51,435 nt of DNA from a virus (taxonomy: Duplodnaviria; Caudoviricetes), in the IMG/VR virus record IMGVR_UViG_3300030376_006121, positions 1-51,435 of that record, one strand, 5' to 3'. Positions 18,829 to 28,997 of the stretch are shown here, piece by piece. A program made the position numbers and the translations under genes. The notes under the pieces are model-generated. The model was not told where the DNA came from. It did not search any database and saw only the letters and a program-made list of their open reading frames with translations. The stretch's first letter is position 1; every line of letters starts with the position of its first letter.

Positions 18829-21800
18829 GCCTTTCAGACGTACTCGATAACCAAAAAAAGATAGCAGCTTCTTTAGCTGCGTCCAGAAAAGCTCTGGGAA
18901 TAGAGTTAGCAGAAGACAGGATAGCTAAACTTCCTGAGCCAGATAAAGAGGAGGAAGAAACTCCTTACGATGCTGTAGAAGCAAAGCAAGAGCCTAAGTA
19001 CGTTACCCCTGCTATGATCGAAGCCGCCGATAATGCGCCCTCTACCGGGCCAGTCGGTGATGCCGTAGCAAGAATAAACGTGCCGGATACTGAGACAGAG
19101 CAGCGCACCTTAAGACTACCTCCGTCTATGCAGGAAGGGCTATCTAAAGAGTCCAGAGAGGCTATCCGTTCCGCTGTCAATCAGGGTATGGACGTTTCTG
19201 TTGGAGAAGAAATAGCCTACATTGCGTACCACATGAACTCCTCTAAGAAGTTTAGAGATACTTTAGAGGCGCGGTACAACACTATTCCTCCTGAGAGACA
19301 AGTCCTTGTTGATCTTGCTCGTGAGCTGGAAATATCGCCGGAAGATTTCATAGCTAAAGGTCCGAGTTACTTTGAGCGGATTACGGGTAGACCAGCGTTT
19401 AAAGGTCCAGATGCTCTTATCGCTCAACTAATACCCCAGGACTCTCCGGTTAGCGCATTCTTACAGGGCACAGAGCGCCAAAAAGTGTCCGACGTTCAGT
19501 TAGGCCCACAAAAGGACTACCAGATTAACGCCTTTGTCTCTACCGAGAAAGGTTTAGCTATCAACGGTCGTCAGGTTAGGACTGAGTTAGAGCAGGCGTA
19601 CTACAATGACTTCGTTAGAAAAGGCGAAGTTAACTCTGACGCCGATAGAGAAAAGTATAAAGCTGAATCTACGGAGTTAGCGATAAAGGATATTGCGCGG
19701 GCAGTAAGAGCCGGTAGAAATATCATGTTCGCTCCCGAGGTTGACCCTAAAAGAGTAGAGAAATACTCTAAGATTCCCTACCCTTTAAGTCCAATATTGG
19801 CTTACCTAAGTCCTCAGAGACAGGCTATTGATCCGTGGTCCCCTACTACGGAGGAGCTGTCTAAGGAAGGTAAGCTTGAGGAGTTTGTTAGGCTTAGTCC
19901 CTTAGATTTAGGCTCTGCTGGTATGCGCTTTATTAGAGAGCACATGGAGCAGGGTTTAGGTACGGGTAACTATCCTGACGCTGTGTTAGCTGCTGCCTCT
20001 AACGAGGGAATACTCAACACAGCTGGCGTAGTGGGTACTCAGCTCTTTGAGAAGTCTGAGAAAGATATCATTAGAAATATCTTTGACCAGACTATCTTCA
20101 TGGATGAAATGTCCGAGTGGGTAGGCTTCGGTTCAGAGAGTTTATCTCTAATGTTTGGGGCTTCTCCAGAGTCCGCCGATGAGATTAGACAGACTGTGAG
20201 TAAGTCTTTCATTACTCGTTTTGCTTCTTTTCTCCCTTACCTTGTTGAGCCTGACGCTTTTAGTGTGGCAACAGGGGGCTTAGGGTACGGTGCGGCTAAA
20301 GCAGCCAAGATCCAAAGAATCAAGAAGGCTTATCAGATAGCTGACATTCTTGAGGCAGCGTCCGAGAAAAGTAACGTGGCTACTGCCTTCAATTTTATTG
20401 AGCAGGAAAACAAAGCTGCGCACTTATTAGCGGAGAGGAAGCTTTTCTCAGAGATTCAGGTGTCTGAGGATAAGATTGAGGCTGTAGAAAAGCAGATCGC
20501 AAATCTGGATAAGCTGACTCTCACTGAAAGTAAGCAGTTAGACGAAATCAAAGACGCCGACCAGAGACTTTTCTCTGACCCTAAAATAAAAGATCGTATC
20601 ACAGTGTACGAAAATGACGTTAATGACTTTGTTGCGGATATACGCTTTATTGATGAGGCTCTAACTTCTTCTGTTGGGCTACAGTCCAAAGCTGAAGCCG
20701 CTAAGAAACTGGCCGATGAAGCTCTGGTTAAAGCCACTAACATGGATGACGAGTACAACCGAGTCTACGCAGAGTTCACGCAGAAGAAGTCACAGTTAGA
20801 AACTCTCGCCCAGACTAACCCAGAGTTTACAGCGCTTATCAATTTTGGTGGCTCAGTAAACCCAAAGCGAATGGGGTTTGAAAAGGCAAAGATCAAGAAC
20901 AGCCAAGATATAAAGAAAAAAGATTCAGAAATAAGAGCTTTAAGAAGGCAGCTTGCATCTTCTCCCGAGTCTAAAGACACAATAAACGCTGCTATTAAAC
21001 AGCTTAGAGAAGAAAAGAAAGCTTTAAAAAAAGCTAACGCAAAGATTGACGAAGAAATAGCTATATTTACGAAAACTGAAAATGCCCTAATACAGGAGAT
21101 CAATAAAAAAGCCAGGAAAGATCCAAACTTTAAGATGGCTTGGCAAGAGTATAAAAGACTAAACAGAGACTTGTCTGCGGACAGTGTAGGTTCTTTAAGT
21201 CAGCAGATGTTTAAGCTCTTAGAAGATGGGTATGTCCCGGACGCTAAAGCCCACATGCAGAAGGCCGCTACTGATGCTGCTAACGCTGCGCAGAAAGCTA
21301 ACGTTAGTGTGCAGAAAACGTACCAAGCTTTTACTAACTCTATGTACGCCTACTACAAGGCTACTGGTGTTGACGCTACTGCTAAGATTAGTGAGTTGTT
21401 TGACGCTGGCAACGTGTCTAAAAGATTAAAAGAGATCAAAAAGGAGTTAGGTACAACCCAAAAAGGCACTAAGAAGTACGAAAAACTCAGAGCAGAAAAA
21501 AGAAAGTTAGAGGCGGAAACGTCTTTGATAACTACTCTGAGCCTCAAAGGGCAGAAAAAGAACCCAGCTTTAGTGAGCGTTAAAAAAGACCTGAGAGCTT
21601 ACACTAAGCTTTTAGAGGCAAGAAAGAAGAACGCAAAAGCCTTAGATGAGGTAAACCGGGCCAATACTTGGCAGTCTATCTTAAAGGACTTGTCTTCTAC
21701 CGTTAGGTCGGGCGCGAAAAAGATAACTGACCGCAACACTGCCTTTAAGTACCTCACTACCAGAGTGGGTATTCCAGAGATGGACGCCTTAGAGGTGTCT

Positions 21801-24800
21801 CCATTCCTCTTTGGTTTAGGGGATAAAGTCCCCTACTCTGTGTTTACTAAAAATGCAGAGGCTACTTTCGGTAGAGATCTCATTGATGAGACTCTAACTG
21901 AAAAAGTGCTAAAGACTTTTCCGAAAGAGCACCGCGATCTTATTCGTGAAGCATTCGGACTTAAGAAGCCTAAAGCAGAAGAAGGTGGCCCGACTACTCC
22001 ACCGGCCCCAGAGGCCCCACCGGTTGCGCCGGAAGCCCCAGAGGCCCCAGAGGCCCCCACTCCTGCGCCTGCACCTGCGCCTAAGCCTACTCCAGCGCCA
22101 GCGCCTACACCTGCCCCGCCTCCTAAGCCGGAAGCGCCTAAGCCAGTACCTCAGCCTAAGCCTGCTCCTAAGCCAGCACCAACACCAACAGCGCCAACAA
22201 CACCGGACCCTGATATTGTTCCCGGAAGTGGCAAGTCTGGTATTGGCTTTTTTGATGATCCAATAGCGGCCACCTTAGAACTCTTAGAGAAGCTAAACAT
22301 ATCAAGGGAAACGTTAGAAACGGGAGGCATTGTCCAGGGCATCGACGCAGAATCTCTTGTTAAAGTTTTTGAAGGCAACACTGCTCTCTCCCCAGGTAGA
22401 AAATACCTCATGGATGAGTGCTTAAAGCGTGGGTATTTTAAAGGCGTAACTATAGATTTCGGCTTAAATCCTGGAGCTCTTAGCGCTGGCGGTTGGTCTT
22501 TCAAAGAGAGCACTTCGGGTCAAGCAAGTTTTAGGCGGAGAAAAATAGCCCTAAATCTCGGGCATCCGTCTTTTAAAGATCTCGGAGACACCATATGCCA
22601 TGAGTTATTGCACATGGCCACGCTTGGACAAATATACGGAGTCAACGCAAGAGTAACTTCTCTTGGCTTAAGGAATGCGGACGGGACATTAAGCCGATCT
22701 AAGATCAAAAAATACCTGAACAGCTTAAGTGATCAGGAAAGAAAAAAGATAGGGCCACAGGTAGAGTCTATTGTTGAGCTCTACTCTTTAGAGAAGAAAG
22801 TCCGTAAGGCGTTCAACAAGAGTGGGATTAGAAGCTTAGGTCCGTATGACCGTACAGGTAAAAAACGATATAACGCAAAGCAAACTCCTATAGAGCTTAT
22901 CTCTTGGGCGTATAACGATCGAAAATTCATGGACTGGTTAAAGACAGTTGAAGTAGCCGAAAACAAGTCTGCTTTTTCTGCTTTTGTGGAGACTGTTCTT
23001 AGCCTCTTAGGCATTAAGCCCACCAATAAAGACGCTCTTACTGAGCTTACCAGAATCACTGAAGACATTCTCGATGTTGGACGTAAAGACACGCCGGTTA
23101 GGCCGGAAGACGTAGACATTACTGCTTCTATGAAGCCTGCTGATATTCAGAGTAGACTCAAAGAGTTAGTAGAGACACAAGATCCAGATAATATAAAACA
23201 GGCGTTAGAGTTAGCCGAAACATTAGGTGTAAAATTAGACCTCAACAATGCCAGCTTAAGAAATATAGACCTCAGCGATATTAACCTGCGAGGGGTGAAC
23301 CTGAGTGGTGCCGACCTCCGCTGGGCACGTCTCAGCGAAGCCAATCTCCGCCGAGCTAATCTCCGCGATGCCGACCTGAGCGGTGCCGACCTCTACTGGG
23401 CCTACCTCACCAGTGCCGACCTCAGCGGTGCCACCCTCAATGGTGCCAACCTCAGCGGTGCCTACTTCAGAAAGGCCAACCTCAAGAAAGCCAACCTCAG
23501 CAATGCCAACCTTGAGAATGCCGACCTCCACGGTGCCAACCTTCGCGGTGCCAACCTCAGCGAGACTGACCTGTGGAGTGCAATCCTCACCAAGTCCGAC
23601 CTCAGAGGCGCTAAGTACAGTGACTCTACTAAGTTTCCTGAAAGATTCAATCCTGTAGCAGAGGGAATGATTAAGGTAGACGACGTAGTAGCTTCCAAGC
23701 CAATACAAAAAGCTGACACTCCTCAAAGCTTAAAAGAACAAATAAGTAACGCCTTCAAAGTCATGGACTTTGATCTGGGCATGAGACTAACTGAAAAACT
23801 GGCAGAGCTTAGAAAAAGTAATACCCAAACACCAGAATTCAAACAATGGTTTAAAGGATCAAAAATAGTGGATTCTTCCGGTGCTCCTTTGACCGTTTTT
23901 CATGGAGGAGCTAACGTAGAAAAAGGCAGTAGAGCTTTTAAAGTTAGCCCAAGAGGCGCTTTAGGTTCCGGCATATACTTAACTCCAGATTTAAAGTTTG
24001 CCCGAGATTACGCTGCTGATTACGCTATAAAAAACGACACAACTGGATCTGTGTTTACTGGCTATGTGAGCATTAAAAAGCCTTTAGAGATTAGAGAGCG
24101 CTTAACTCCAACTGTGGACGCTTTAGTCCAGTTAGGTGTGCCCGAAACAAAAGCAAGAAAAATAGTAGAAAAAGCCGAAGAAAACTACGGGTATGTCGGT
24201 CGGCAGATACAAACCAGAGCTATCGCTAAAGGTTACGACGGCATAATTCAATACGGGAAAGATGGAAAAGTAAAAGAAATAGTGGCCTTTAAGCCATCGC
24301 AAGTCAAGTCCCAAGACAATGTGGGCACTTGGAATGCGGCTTCAGATAATGTAGTAGCCTCTAAGCCGACACAAAAAGCTGACGATGCGCCTACTCCTGA
24401 GCCCCAGCCAGAGGGTAAGTTTGAGAACTTAACCAGAGGTGGTACTGACAGTTTACGTCAGGCGTTGGCTATCATGTACCAGTCTCAGACTAAAGCAAAC
24501 AAGGGAGACTTTGACTACAGGCTTGCGTTGCACACTCTACAGACAGAGTGGAAAGTGTCTACCGGTGACAAAGCTTGGCTGAAAAGATGGTATCGCACTT
24601 TCGTTACTAAGATGACGGATCCAGGGCAGGCTAACATTCGCTCACGGTTCGGTGAGACTAACCTGAGACTGTCTCGTGTTTATAAAGGCACAGAGAACGT
24701 TATTAACAAAACGACTGAAGAAGCGATCCAGCTAACCGAAAAGATTTTCGCAGAGAACGGTGGTGCGGTAGACGGACTCTACAAATACGTAGACAACACT

Positions 24801-27245
24801 GATCCGCATACACTAAAGGACGGGTTCACTACAATGAACAACGTCCAGGGTCTTACAGTCTTTGAAGCTGCAAGACGGGCTATCTTGTCTGATTCTCGTG
24901 TGCTGCAAGTTTTAAGCACCAAGAAAAAGAAGGGAGCACCCAAGCCTTTTGAGGAGTTAGTCAAAGAGGGAGTCTTACCGGCTGCACTCATCGGCTTATC
25001 TCGAATGTGGATGAAGCAGGCATCGGATACTAAAGCCGGAGAGTTGGCTGTTAGAGCTGCCAGACTTCTAAAGAACAAAGACATAACCACGTTTGAGGAG
25101 TTCCAGAACAAGTTAATGGGCGTAACAGTCGGTGTTCTGGGGGAAGAAAACTTAGACACTCGTAGATCACGCGCTATTGGCTTAGGAGCTAAAGCTGTTA
25201 TTCACGCTGCTGGTTTGCACGGAATGACTCACGCTATCCGCAGAGAGTTGGGCGCTGTTCTTAGCACTAAAGAAGCAGAAGATATCAATATCTTTATGCA
25301 GGGCTTAGGCGACATTAGCGAAGGCAAAAAGAAGAAGGGCGTAGCGAACTTTAACACAGCCGTGGATAACATGCTTAACTACGGTCTGACTATGGCTGGT
25401 CGTACAGTTGAAGCCGGTCCATTCTTCAACGCTAAGAAAAGATCCCGCGATATGCTCAACATAGCTAAGGGGTCGTACATTCCTTCCGCTGCTGTCCAAG
25501 AGATAGACTCCGCTCTGTCAAAGCAGGTCAAGCAGTTAGAGGCTGTATACACTTCTACTGGCAATGAGTTAGCCGCTAAAGCTGCCCAAAATGGACTGGC
25601 TATATTGAGGCTAACAAAAACAGGCATGACCACTGGTCTGTTTATTCCTAAGCCTCAGTATTTTACTTTCGCCGCGATGTCTGACTTAGCCCAGATATGG
25701 TTCTCGCACGGAGTAAAGAGCGCAGCAAAGGCAGCGATTCCTGGCGCTTTAGGGTACATGCCATACGGAAGAAAGTTAGTAGACCGCCTCTCACGCACTA
25801 TGGGAGAGAAGGGTGGCCGCATGGCTCGTAGCGCTACTGACTTTGTGTTCGATCCACATGTTACTCGGTTCTGGGATATCAACACCGCTGACGATGCAAT
25901 CATGGAGATTGCAGGCAACAAGTACGTTGTTGGTGACTTGCGCAGAATAGCTACCGAAGCTGGAGTTATGGATACTTTTATCCATCAAAACTTAGCAGAG
26001 GTTATCCGAGACTTACGCATTAGGCAGGAAGAAACCAAGTGGTACAAGAAGCTTGCGCGGGCTGGGTTAGATAAAGCTAAGATTATGCAGAGTTGGACTG
26101 ATGACTTTGCAATGGTTACTCAGCAGAGAATGAGGACCGTGCTCTGGTTCCAGAAAATGCAAGACGGACTAAGCCCAGAGAAAGCAGCCAGAGGAGTGGA
26201 CGATGCACTTTATGACTGGTCACACGGAGTTAACAGAAACGCTCTGCTTTATATGGCTCAGATATTCCCCTTCTACCGTTACTGGAACCTGGCACTACAG
26301 CAGGTAGCGAAAGAAACGCTGAAACCTATAACCGCTGGCTCCATGAAAGAAGTGGTGGATATGGGGCTTAAAGGCCAGACCGGCCAGGCGAGGTTAAAGC
26401 AGCTTTCTTACTTTTACGAAAACCTCCTGGCTGAGACTCTTAGCGGTCCTCAAAGTGAGCCTAAGACGGAGCAGGATGCTTATGCTGAAGCCTTTGTCCC
26501 TGGGTGGCCGAGAGGTGCAAGAGCAATAACCGCTCCTCGTAGACTTACTCAAGAAGAAAGATTAGAGTTAGGTCGGCCTAAAGATAGCTGGCTAAATGGC
26601 ATGAGTGAGGTAGACAAAGATATCCTTAAGGATGAGTACATGTTCGGTATTCTACCGGCATTAGGCCCACTGGATTCTTTCGAGATGCTGCTTACTCCTC
26701 TCAAGTTCGGTATAGCTATGACGCTTATTGCTGCTGGAGAAGACTCAGTAGCAGATGATTGGATGGCTAAGTCGTTAGATCCTATTGTCTCCAACCTGTA
26801 TCCGACTGGTAGAGGCATGGCAGACAGGATGATAGATGACTGGTTCCGTAAGGATATACCGTCTAACAGTGTCCACATTCCGATTAAGCCTTCTGAAGCT
26901 CAAGTCTTAATGTACATGAGCAAGACTCCGGTATTAGGTGCCGCATGGGATAACCCCTTCTACGATGAGGAGAAGGGTAGATGGATGGCTTCTAAGAAGG
27001 GTATCTTAGCTCTTAGAATGCTCCCTGTTGTGGGTAGCCAGATTCCCAAGTTGTTAGACGACTTGAAGTTTAAAAACCCCTACAACAAGCGACAAGTAGT
27101 AGACTACACTCGTCACGCTCTGATGAATATCTTTGGGGTAGTGAAGACGTACACGTATAACCCCGATGAAGAAAGAGATAAGATGGTGGAAGACTTCCAC
27201 TTCTATCTAAACCAGAAAAAGAAAAAAGTAGAGGGATTAAAATAG
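18825..27245 (+). CDS. Giant polyvalent virion/ejection protein (HExxH peptidase, pentapeptide repeats, ADP-ribosyltransferase-like domain)
   Basis: 2806 aa; HELLH at 22599-22613; A[DN]Lxx repeats; TPEFKQWFKGSKIVD..G.P..VFHG...GIYLT...YDGII...EIVAF.P.QVKS. Confidence 0.8.
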   Translation: MSLSDVLDNQKKIAASLAASRKALGIELAEDRIAKLPEPDKEEEETPYDAVEAKQEPKYVTPAMIEAADNAPSTGPVGDAVARINVPDTETEQRTLRLPPSMQEGLSKESREAIRSAVNQGMDVSVGEEIAYIAYHMNSSKKFRDTLEARYNTIPPERQVLVDLARELEISPEDFIAKGPSYFERITGRPAFKGPDALIAQLIPQDSPVSAFLQGTERQKVSDVQLGPQKDYQINAFVSTEKGLAINGRQVRTELEQAYYNDFVRKGEVNSDADREKYKAESTELAIKDIARAVRAGRNIMFAPEVDPKRVEKYSKIPYPLSPILAYLSPQRQAIDPWSPTTEELSKEGKLEEFVRLSPLDLGSAGMRFIREHMEQGLGTGNYPDAVLAAASNEGILNTAGVVGTQLFEKSEKDIIRNIFDQTIFMDEMSEWVGFGSESLSLMFGASPESADEIRQTVSKSFITRFASFLPYLVEPDAFSVATGGLGYGAAKAAKIQRIKKAYQIADILEAASEKSNVATAFNFIEQENKAAHLLAERKLFSEIQVSEDKIEAVEKQIANLDKLTLTESKQLDEIKDADQRLFSDPKIKDRITVYENDVNDFVADIRFIDEALTSSVGLQSKAEAAKKLADEALVKATNMDDEYNRVYAEFTQKKSQLETLAQTNPEFTALINFGGSVNPKRMGFEKAKIKNSQDIKKKDSEIRALRRQLASSPESKDTINAAIKQLREEKKALKKANAKIDEEIAIFTKTENALIQEINKKARKDPNFKMAWQEYKRLNRDLSADSVGSLSQQMFKLLEDGYVPDAKAHMQKAATDAANAAQKANVSVQKTYQAFTNSMYAYYKATGVDATAKISELFDAGNVSKRLKEIKKELGTTQKGTKKYEKLRAEKRKLEAETSLITTLSLKGQKKNPALVSVKKDLRAYTKLLEARKKNAKALDEVNRANTWQSILKDLSSTVRSGAKKITDRNTAFKYLTTRVGIPEMDALEVSPFLFGLGDKVPYSVFTKNAEATFGRDLIDETLTEKVLKTFPKEHRDLIREAFGLKKPKAEEGGPTTPPAPEAPPVAPEAPEAPEAPTPAPAPAPKPTPAPAPTPAPPPKPEAPKPVPQPKPAPKPAPTPTAPTTPDPDIVPGSGKSGIGFFDDPIAATLELLEKLNISRETLETGGIVQGIDAESLVKVFEGNTALSPGRKYLMDECLKRGYFKGVTIDFGLNPGALSAGGWSFKESTSGQASFRRRKIALNLGHPSFKDLGDTICHELLHMATLGQIYGVNARVTSLGLRNADGTLSRSKIKKYLNSLSDQERKKIGPQVESIVELYSLEKKVRKAFNKSGIRSLGPYDRTGKKRYNAKQTPIELISWAYNDRKFMDWLKTVEVAENKSAFSAFVETVLSLLGIKPTNKDALTELTRITEDILDVGRKDTPVRPEDVDITASMKPADIQSRLKELVETQDPDNIKQALELAETLGVKLDLNNASLRNIDLSDINLRGVNLSGADLRWARLSEANLRRANLRDADLSGADLYWAYLTSADLSGATLNGANLSGAYFRKANLKKANLSNANLENADLHGANLRGANLSETDLWSAILTKSDLRGAKYSDSTKFPERFNPVAEGMIKVDDVVASKPIQKADTPQSLKEQISNAFKVMDFDLGMRLTEKLAELRKSNTQTPEFKQWFKGSKIVDSSGAPLTVFHGGANVEKGSRAFKVSPRGALGSGIYLTPDLKFARDYAADYAIKNDTTGSVFTGYVSIKKPLEIRERLTPTVDALVQLGVPETKARKIVEKAEENYGYVGRQIQTRAIAKGYDGIIQYGKDGKVKEIVAFKPSQVKSQDNVGTWNAASDNVVASKPTQKADDAPTPEPQPEGKFENLTRGGTDSLRQALAIMYQSQTKANKGDFDYRLALHTLQTEWKVSTGDKAWLKRWYRTFVTKMTDPGQANIRSRFGETNLRLSRVYKGTENVINKTTEEAIQLTEKIFAENGGAVDGLYKYVDNTDPHTLKDGFTTMNNVQGLTVFEAARRAILSDSRVLQVLSTKKKKGAPKPFEELVKEGVLPAALIGLSRMWMKQASDTKAGELAVRAARLLKNKDITTFEEFQNKLMGVTVGVLGEENLDTRRSRAIGLGAKAVIHAAGLHGMTHAIRRELGAVLSTKEAEDINIFMQGLGDISEGKKKKGVANFNTAVDNMLNYGLTMAGRTVEAGPFFNAKKRSRDMLNIAKGSYIPSAAVQEIDSALSKQVKQLEAVYTSTGNELAAKAAQNGLAILRLTKTGMTTGLFIPKPQYFTFAAMSDLAQIWFSHGVKSAAKAAIPGALGYMPYGRKLVDRLSRTMGEKGGRMARSATDFVFDPHVTRFWDINTADDAIMEIAGNKYVVGDLRRIATEAGVMDTFIHQNLAEVIRDLRIRQEETKWYKKLARAGLDKAKIMQSWTDDFAMVTQQRMRTVLWFQKMQDGLSPEKAARGVDDALYDWSHGVNRNALLYMAQIFPFYRYWNLALQQVAKETLKPITAGSMKEVVDMGLKGQTGQARLKQLSYFYENLLAETLSGPQSEPKTEQDAYAEAFVPGWPRGARAITAPRRLTQEERLELGRPKDSWLNGMSEVDKDILKDEYMFGILPALGPLDSFEMLLTPLKFGIAMTLIAAGEDSVADDWMAKSLDPIVSNLYPTGRGMADRMIDDWFRKDIPSNSVHIPIKPSEAQVLMYMSKTPVLGAAWDNPFYDEEKGRWMASKKGILALRMLPVVGSQIPKLLDDLKFKNPYNKRQVVDYTRHALMNIFGVVKTYTYNPDEERDKMVEDFHFYLNQKKKKVEGLK
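21988..22210 (+). repeat. Pro/Ala-rich linker repeats (PEA, PKP, PAP)
   Basis: Tandem GCCCCAGAG and CCTAAGCC units. Confidence 0.85.
23240..23615 (+). repeat. Pentapeptide repeat array (15-nt period)
   Basis: Recurrent GCC(G/A)ACCTC every 15 nt, about 25 units. Confidence 0.92.
23685..24383 (+). repeat. 33-bp direct repeat pair (23685-23717, 24351-24383) flanking the ART-like domain
   Basis: 29/33 identical, 666 bp apart; encode VVASKP(I/T)QKAD. Confidence 0.9.
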
Positions 27246-27247
27246 TC

Positions 27248-27276
27248 TTGACATACTCAAGGTTCTATGTTAGTTT
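27248..27276 (+). promoter_or_regulatory. Sigma70-like promoter
   Basis: TTGACA-17 nt-TAGTTT with TG extension; AAGGAG RBS downstream. Confidence 0.7.
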
Positions 27277-27293
27277 TCCTCTAAGGAGTACCT

Positions 27294-27716
27294 ATGTCCG
27301 CCGGTTCTATTAGACGGTTCTTTGAGTTTACCTTAACGGCCAGTCGAGCAGCCCATGAGATCGAAGTCCCTCTGGGTAAGGGCGTTTGGAATCTGGACTA
27401 CCATGGTTTTCAGCGCACTACTGGCACGGCTGGCACATACCAGCCCAGCTTAAGTGAAACCTCTGGAGAAACCTCTGGCTCTCTTAGTGAGCGGGCACGG
27501 TTAAACTACAGTGGTACCATTGCTGTTGCTGCTATTACTCGCGATCAGTTTGATCCCGGTATCCCTTTTCAGGTTAACCCTGACGCAGAGGGTAACGGTA
27601 AGCTTTACTACAAGCCGCATTGGAATGGCGCAAGTACTGATAACGTAGCAGTTGTTGTCTTGGTCTTTACTAAGTGCTTAGGCTCTATCAAGTCGAGTAA
27701 CGAAAGTGGCGCCTAA
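27294..27716 (+). CDS. Hypothetical virion protein
   Basis: Strong RBS; beta-rich, 140 aa. Confidence 0.65.
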   Translation: MSAGSIRRFFEFTLTASRAAHEIEVPLGKGVWNLDYHGFQRTTGTAGTYQPSLSETSGETSGSLSERARLNYSGTIAVAAITRDQFDPGIPFQVNPDAEGNGKLYYKPHWNGASTDNVAVVVLVFTKCLGSIKSSNESGA

Positions 27717-28770
27717 TATCAGAGTCAAATACCTGAATGCTGGAGTGCTTAAACGGCGGGGATTCAATAAAGTCATCCCCCCTTCTGCCACTTCTCAGGC
27801 TGTTTCCGCTGGTGGATCTCCCTCCGCTAAAACGTTTAGCGCATTTGACGATCCCGGTGGCTTAATCAACAACTACCAAGCGGTAATTAAAAACGCTGTG
27901 GGTTCTACTTCTGTTAGCGGTAGCGGGCTTGGAGCGTATAGCTTTTCCGGCCACGCTAACGGTGACGGCTTTACGCTTTCTCTTAACGCTCGGGACAGTG
28001 ACAATAACATTCTGGCTACAGCCACCCACACCGTTAAAATCGGCGCTGCGGCTTCCAGTCTGTATAACATCGACTTGATTAAGGCTAACTTGTCTGATGG
28101 GTCTTGGACGTTACACGATCCAGACAGTCTGGTTAAGAGTGTTAGCTGGGACTCAACTAACAACCGTAACGTTATCACAGTTAACGCTCTGTCTTCCGGC
28201 TCTAACGCAGCCCTTAACTGGAAAAACGGTGGAACCCGAGAGGCACCTCGCTGGTATAAGAATGCCACTGTTGATGGTAACAACATAAACAGAGGCTTCT
28301 TCACTTCGGGTATTTACCGGCTGGACTTTGACGGTACCCGTGACATGTCATGCGATATTGTCGCAGGATTAGCGCGTAGTGGCGCAGCGGAAACGGCAGC
28401 AAACCTTAGCCTTGGCGGAGCGTTCGGACAGATCGTTACTAACAGCGCAAACGCTGTGTACGGTGTGTACACCTATTCTGGCGCTACTTCGTTATCTACT
28501 GGTGGCCCTGACTTTGGAATGATAAACTTCCTCCACGGTGGAAATCGCATCGGTGGCGGTGTTGCTGCTCTTGTCGAAGAAACAAACGGATTTGACGCCA
28601 GTAACAACTCCGGTATTAGCAGGACCAGTAACAACCAAGTAACATCGGGCGGACAGCCGATGGTTATAATGGTTGGTTTAGGTCTGAGAATAGACGGAAC
28701 AGCGTGGGATGATGGCGACCAAGTTAAAATCGGCGTTGAGTACCTTTTACTTAGAGCGAACTTACCATGA
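27706..28770 (+). CDS. Putative fibre / receptor-binding protein
   Basis: Gly/Ser/Asn-rich beta protein with two apparent domains. Confidence 0.5.
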   Translation: MAPNIRVKYLNAGVLKRRGFNKVIPPSATSQAVSAGGSPSAKTFSAFDDPGGLINNYQAVIKNAVGSTSVSGSGLGAYSFSGHANGDGFTLSLNARDSDNNILATATHTVKIGAAASSLYNIDLIKANLSDGSWTLHDPDSLVKSVSWDSTNNRNVITVNALSSGSNAALNWKNGGTREAPRWYKNATVDGNNINRGFFTSGIYRLDFDGTRDMSCDIVAGLARSGAAETAANLSLGGAFGQIVTNSANAVYGVYTYSGATSLSTGGPDFGMINFLHGGNRIGGGVAALVEETNGFDASNNSGISRTSNNQVTSGGQPMVIMVGLGLRIDGTAWDDGDQVKIGVEYLLLRANLP

Positions 28771-28997
28771 TAGTAGATTGGCTTTCTGTTCGTCAGATTC
28801 AGATAGCGGGAGAGGATACAAGTGGAACCTCTTTTGAGGCGTCTGGGATTGTGATTCCTGTACTGGTTCCAGATAGCGAAGTGGCTGCGGCTTTATCTTC
28901 CTACGATGCAAGCAACCAGTATTCTCCCTCTGCCGCTGATTCCAGAGCTATCGCAAGAATAGTGCTTGACGCTCTTAAAAAGAAATCGGAGGAATAA
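28767..28997 (+). CDS. Hypothetical protein (possible fibre partner)
   Basis: ATGA-coupled to the fibre gene. Confidence 0.55.
   Translation: MIVDWLSVRQIQIAGEDTSGTSFEASGIVIPVLVPDSEVAAALSSYDASNQYSPSAADSRAIARIVLDALKKKSEE

Noticed and set aside
23256-23726. Overlapping repeat ORFs (EVGTA, PTSA, RLA frames)
   Set aside because: Shadows of the 15-nt periodic pentapeptide coding sequence.
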